From: Girardia tigrina
Lineage: Eukaryota
Direction of reading: 5' to 3'
NCBI GenBank assembly: GCA_001938485.1
Contig: MQRK01228214.1
Span: 1 to 51,430 of the forward strand
Length of the DNA: 51,430 bases
A program made the position numbers and the translations under genes. Each line of letters starts with the position of its first letter. Within the stretch, counting starts at the first letter, position 1. The notes below the pieces were generated by a model that was given only the letters and a program-made list of their open reading frames with translations, searched no databases and was not told the origin of the DNA. Positions 49,084 through 51,430 of the stretch are shown here, one piece after another.

Positions 49084-50553
49084 ATGGCACAAGAAAATAT
49101 GCAATGTAATGTATGTTTAGATTCCATAAAGTCTGAAAGCATGGCCACCCTCAACGATTGTAACCATTCATTTTGTCTTAAATGTCTTGAGTCATGGTTC
49201 CTCAAAAATCCCACTTGTCCTCTTGATAGATCCATTACAACGTCTATTTCGTATTTCCAACAATCCCAAACCGAATGTATATCGGTGAACAGATCTATAA
49301 ATTCTTTCATGGAAAACGTATTGAAAGAAAAGATAAAACAACAAATAATCGATTCTGTTTCGAAACTCTGTGAAACATTCTCACTTGATTCTTCAATCAA
49401 AGAATATTACGAACAAAATTGTCATTTTGCATTAAGTAAAGTTCTTTCGAATAGCGATCATTCCTCCGAGGATTCTTTCAATGAACATTCGGAAAGTTGT
49501 ACATTAATTTGTAATCAATTATTACTACTTTATTCCTGCAACAACACAAATGAAACGTGTTCCGTAAATCCAAATAAAAACATTGATATAAATAATATTA
49601 TATTTCTGTTGTCGGACAAGTTCTTACGAGCGATTCTGCTCAAACGAGCGCTGATAGAAACAATTTGTAACTGTTTAAAAGATTTACAAAAAATAAGAGT
49701 CTCGAAGTATTTTATTATTGAAAGTGTCATAAAGGTTTTCAATAATTATTTTCAGAAAAATATCAACAAAAATTGTCTCATTAAAACAATAAAAGAATTA
49801 TTAAATTATTTGAATAATTTGAATCAAATGTTTGAGGGACAATTAAAAATTATCAAATTGATCGTTCTAAATTGTGTCAAATATCTTCAAGCAAACGTTT
49901 ACGAGGATGTAATAAATGTTAATGATCGTTCTTGCTTGATTTGCTCCGACGATCTCAATTCGGAAAACCGATTTTCCTGTGGAAATTGTCGTCGCGGAAT
50001 TTGTGGAAATTGTAAACAATTTTATCTCATTAAAACACAAAAATGTTTTTTCAAATGCAGTAAAACAAACTTGGAACACGATTCTCAAAACAACATCAAC
50101 GACGACTCAAATAATAATAATAATGATAATGATTATGAAACAAGTATTCCGAAAGTATTTTCGAAAGTGTTAGAATCAATTTATTCATATTTCGTTGATT
50201 TTGCGAAGATAATTCATGAAAGAAAAAAGTTGGACTTATCCTCCGAGGAAGTCGCGATCATCCAGGCCAATCTTAATCACAATATCTTGTTAATATTCTT
50301 TGATCTACGATATAATTATTTTATATTTAAATATAATGTGAATTTATATAATGAGAATGTAAAATTAGCGCATTCTTTTACNTATTTATTCGAGGTAATA
50401 AATTCGATAATTGCAAACAATGGAAAGCGAATCGGAAGATTTAAGGCGGACATNACGAGTTGCTTGAAATCGATTTTGGAAGAGGAAATTATTCACGAAA
50501 GACGATCAAATCTCGACCAAAATCTTAGCAATATATTAAATTTATTTTTATGA
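49084..50553 (+). CDS. Intronless 489-aa protein with an N-terminal C3HC3D RING and a second variant RING; putative E3 ligase
   Basis: CNVC..CNHSFCLKC..CPLDR and CLIC..CGNC..CGNC..CFFKC. ATG context AAAATGG. Two ambiguous bases. Confidence 0.8.
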   Translation: MAQENMQCNVCLDSIKSESMATLNDCNHSFCLKCLESWFLKNPTCPLDRSITTSISYFQQSQTECISVNRSINSFMENVLKEKIKQQIIDSVSKLCETFSLDSSIKEYYEQNCHFALSKVLSNSDHSSEDSFNEHSESCTLICNQLLLLYSCNNTNETCSVNPNKNIDINNIIFLLSDKFLRAILLKRALIETICNCLKDLQKIRVSKYFIIESVIKVFNNYFQKNINKNCLIKTIKELLNYLNNLNQMFEGQLKIIKLIVLNCVKYLQANVYEDVINVNDRSCLICSDDLNSENRFSCGNCRRGICGNCKQFYLIKTQKCFFKCSKTNLEHDSQNNINDDSNNNNNDNDYETSIPKVFSKVLESIYSYFVDFAKIIHERKKLDLSSEEVAIIQANLNHNILLIFFDLRYNYFIFKYNVNLYNENVKLAHSFXYLFEVINSIIANNGKRIGRFKADXTSCLKSILEEEIIHERRSNLDQNLSNILNLFL

Positions 50554-50728
50554 TGAATAATATTTATATATTTATTTTTTATTTATTTATATAATTTTTT
50601 AAAAATATTTAATTTGTTAATTTCTTAAATAATTTTTAAAAACATTTTTTAAATAATAGTTAACTCATTAATTTAATATAATTAAAGTTTGATACATTTG
50701 GTAGAAAGGTCGGAAAATAATTTTTAAA

Positions 50729-51330
50729 TACACTGGTGGCAAAATTAATCTGGAAAGTTTTATTTTCAAAATATTTGGCACAAAAAAGTAAGTTCACAAC
50801 TAATTGATATGATATTTGTAATTAAAATTTAATTATCTTTAAATTAAAAACTTAATGAAATAAAATGTTTAAAATACTTATCAGAAATTTGATTTTTTTT
50901 ATTTTTCTAATAATACTTTGTGGAAAAATTAAATTAGACGCTTTTAATATTACTTATTATTTTGGCAAATTTTTAAAATTTTAGTTTCATTTTAAAAATG
51001 TAATCAGATTATATAAAAAATTAAGTTAAAAGATTATCAGAATCGGGATATTCTTTAAGAGGAATTGCAATCAAAATGAATATCTCGAAATCAAGAGTAT
51101 AAATATAAAAATATAAAAATGAAACCGGGCCCAAAGAACAATTACAAATTATTACAAATTAATCAATGTTTGAAATGATTTTGCTATTTTTTCTCATTAT
51201 TATGCGTACTTCTACATACAAATGTGGAATACTGTGCTGTTGATGAAATTCTATTTAGAATCAATTTAAATGTTTTGTTCTGATTTTAAAGAAATTAAAA
51301 TAATTACAAATTAATCAACAATTACAAATT
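50729..51330 (+). mobile_element. Decayed Tc1-like element, 5' part
   Basis: TA-CACTGGTGGCAAAATTAA end and an HTH-like ESGYSLRGIAIKMNISKSRV. Confidence 0.55.
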
Positions 51331-51430
51331 AAAAGACATGTAGCCCAATCAAATATTGAAGGAAGAATAATTATCTGCCTGTCAGTAAAGTAGTATGAAA
51401 ATGGGCATTCGGCATACATACCCCCCCCCC

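Overview
Very AT-rich, intron-containing metazoan DNA from a draft assembly with four N gaps (2070-2168, 9317-9739, 29903-30531, 41660-41709). Tiny (45-62 nt) introns sit beside multi-kb TE-filled introns, and the TE mix resembles a triclad flatworm, but that assignment is inference only. Host genes rebuilt by hand: the 3' part of an ADPRM-like metallophosphoesterase (<2-583, +); a 5-exon STI1-repeat protein (5963-16081, +, 259 aa); two paralogous 3-exon Y_phosphatase3/IphP-like CX5R phosphatases (16150-23048 and 33775-38660, -); and an intronless double-RING protein (49084-50553, +). The rest is a dense, often nested TE field: several mariner subfamilies, an IS630-like DD34E element, Mutator, hAT, piggyBac, Penelope, an R2/NeSL-type element and several Ty3/gypsy pieces. 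The most unusual object is a complete compact gypsy element (24354-29252, -, 125/124-bp LTRs, GAAAG TSD). It lacks a canonical TGG primer-binding site. Instead, the sequence abutting its 5' LTR is complementary to nt 1-12 of tRNA-Lys(UUU), followed by the complement of the 3' acceptor strand. It also carries an antisense 1.1-kb host fragment (upstream DNA plus the first ~129 codons of 14-3-3) inserted into gag. No CRISPR array, rRNA or complete tRNA gene was seen. All family assignments rest on recalled motifs, not database searches.
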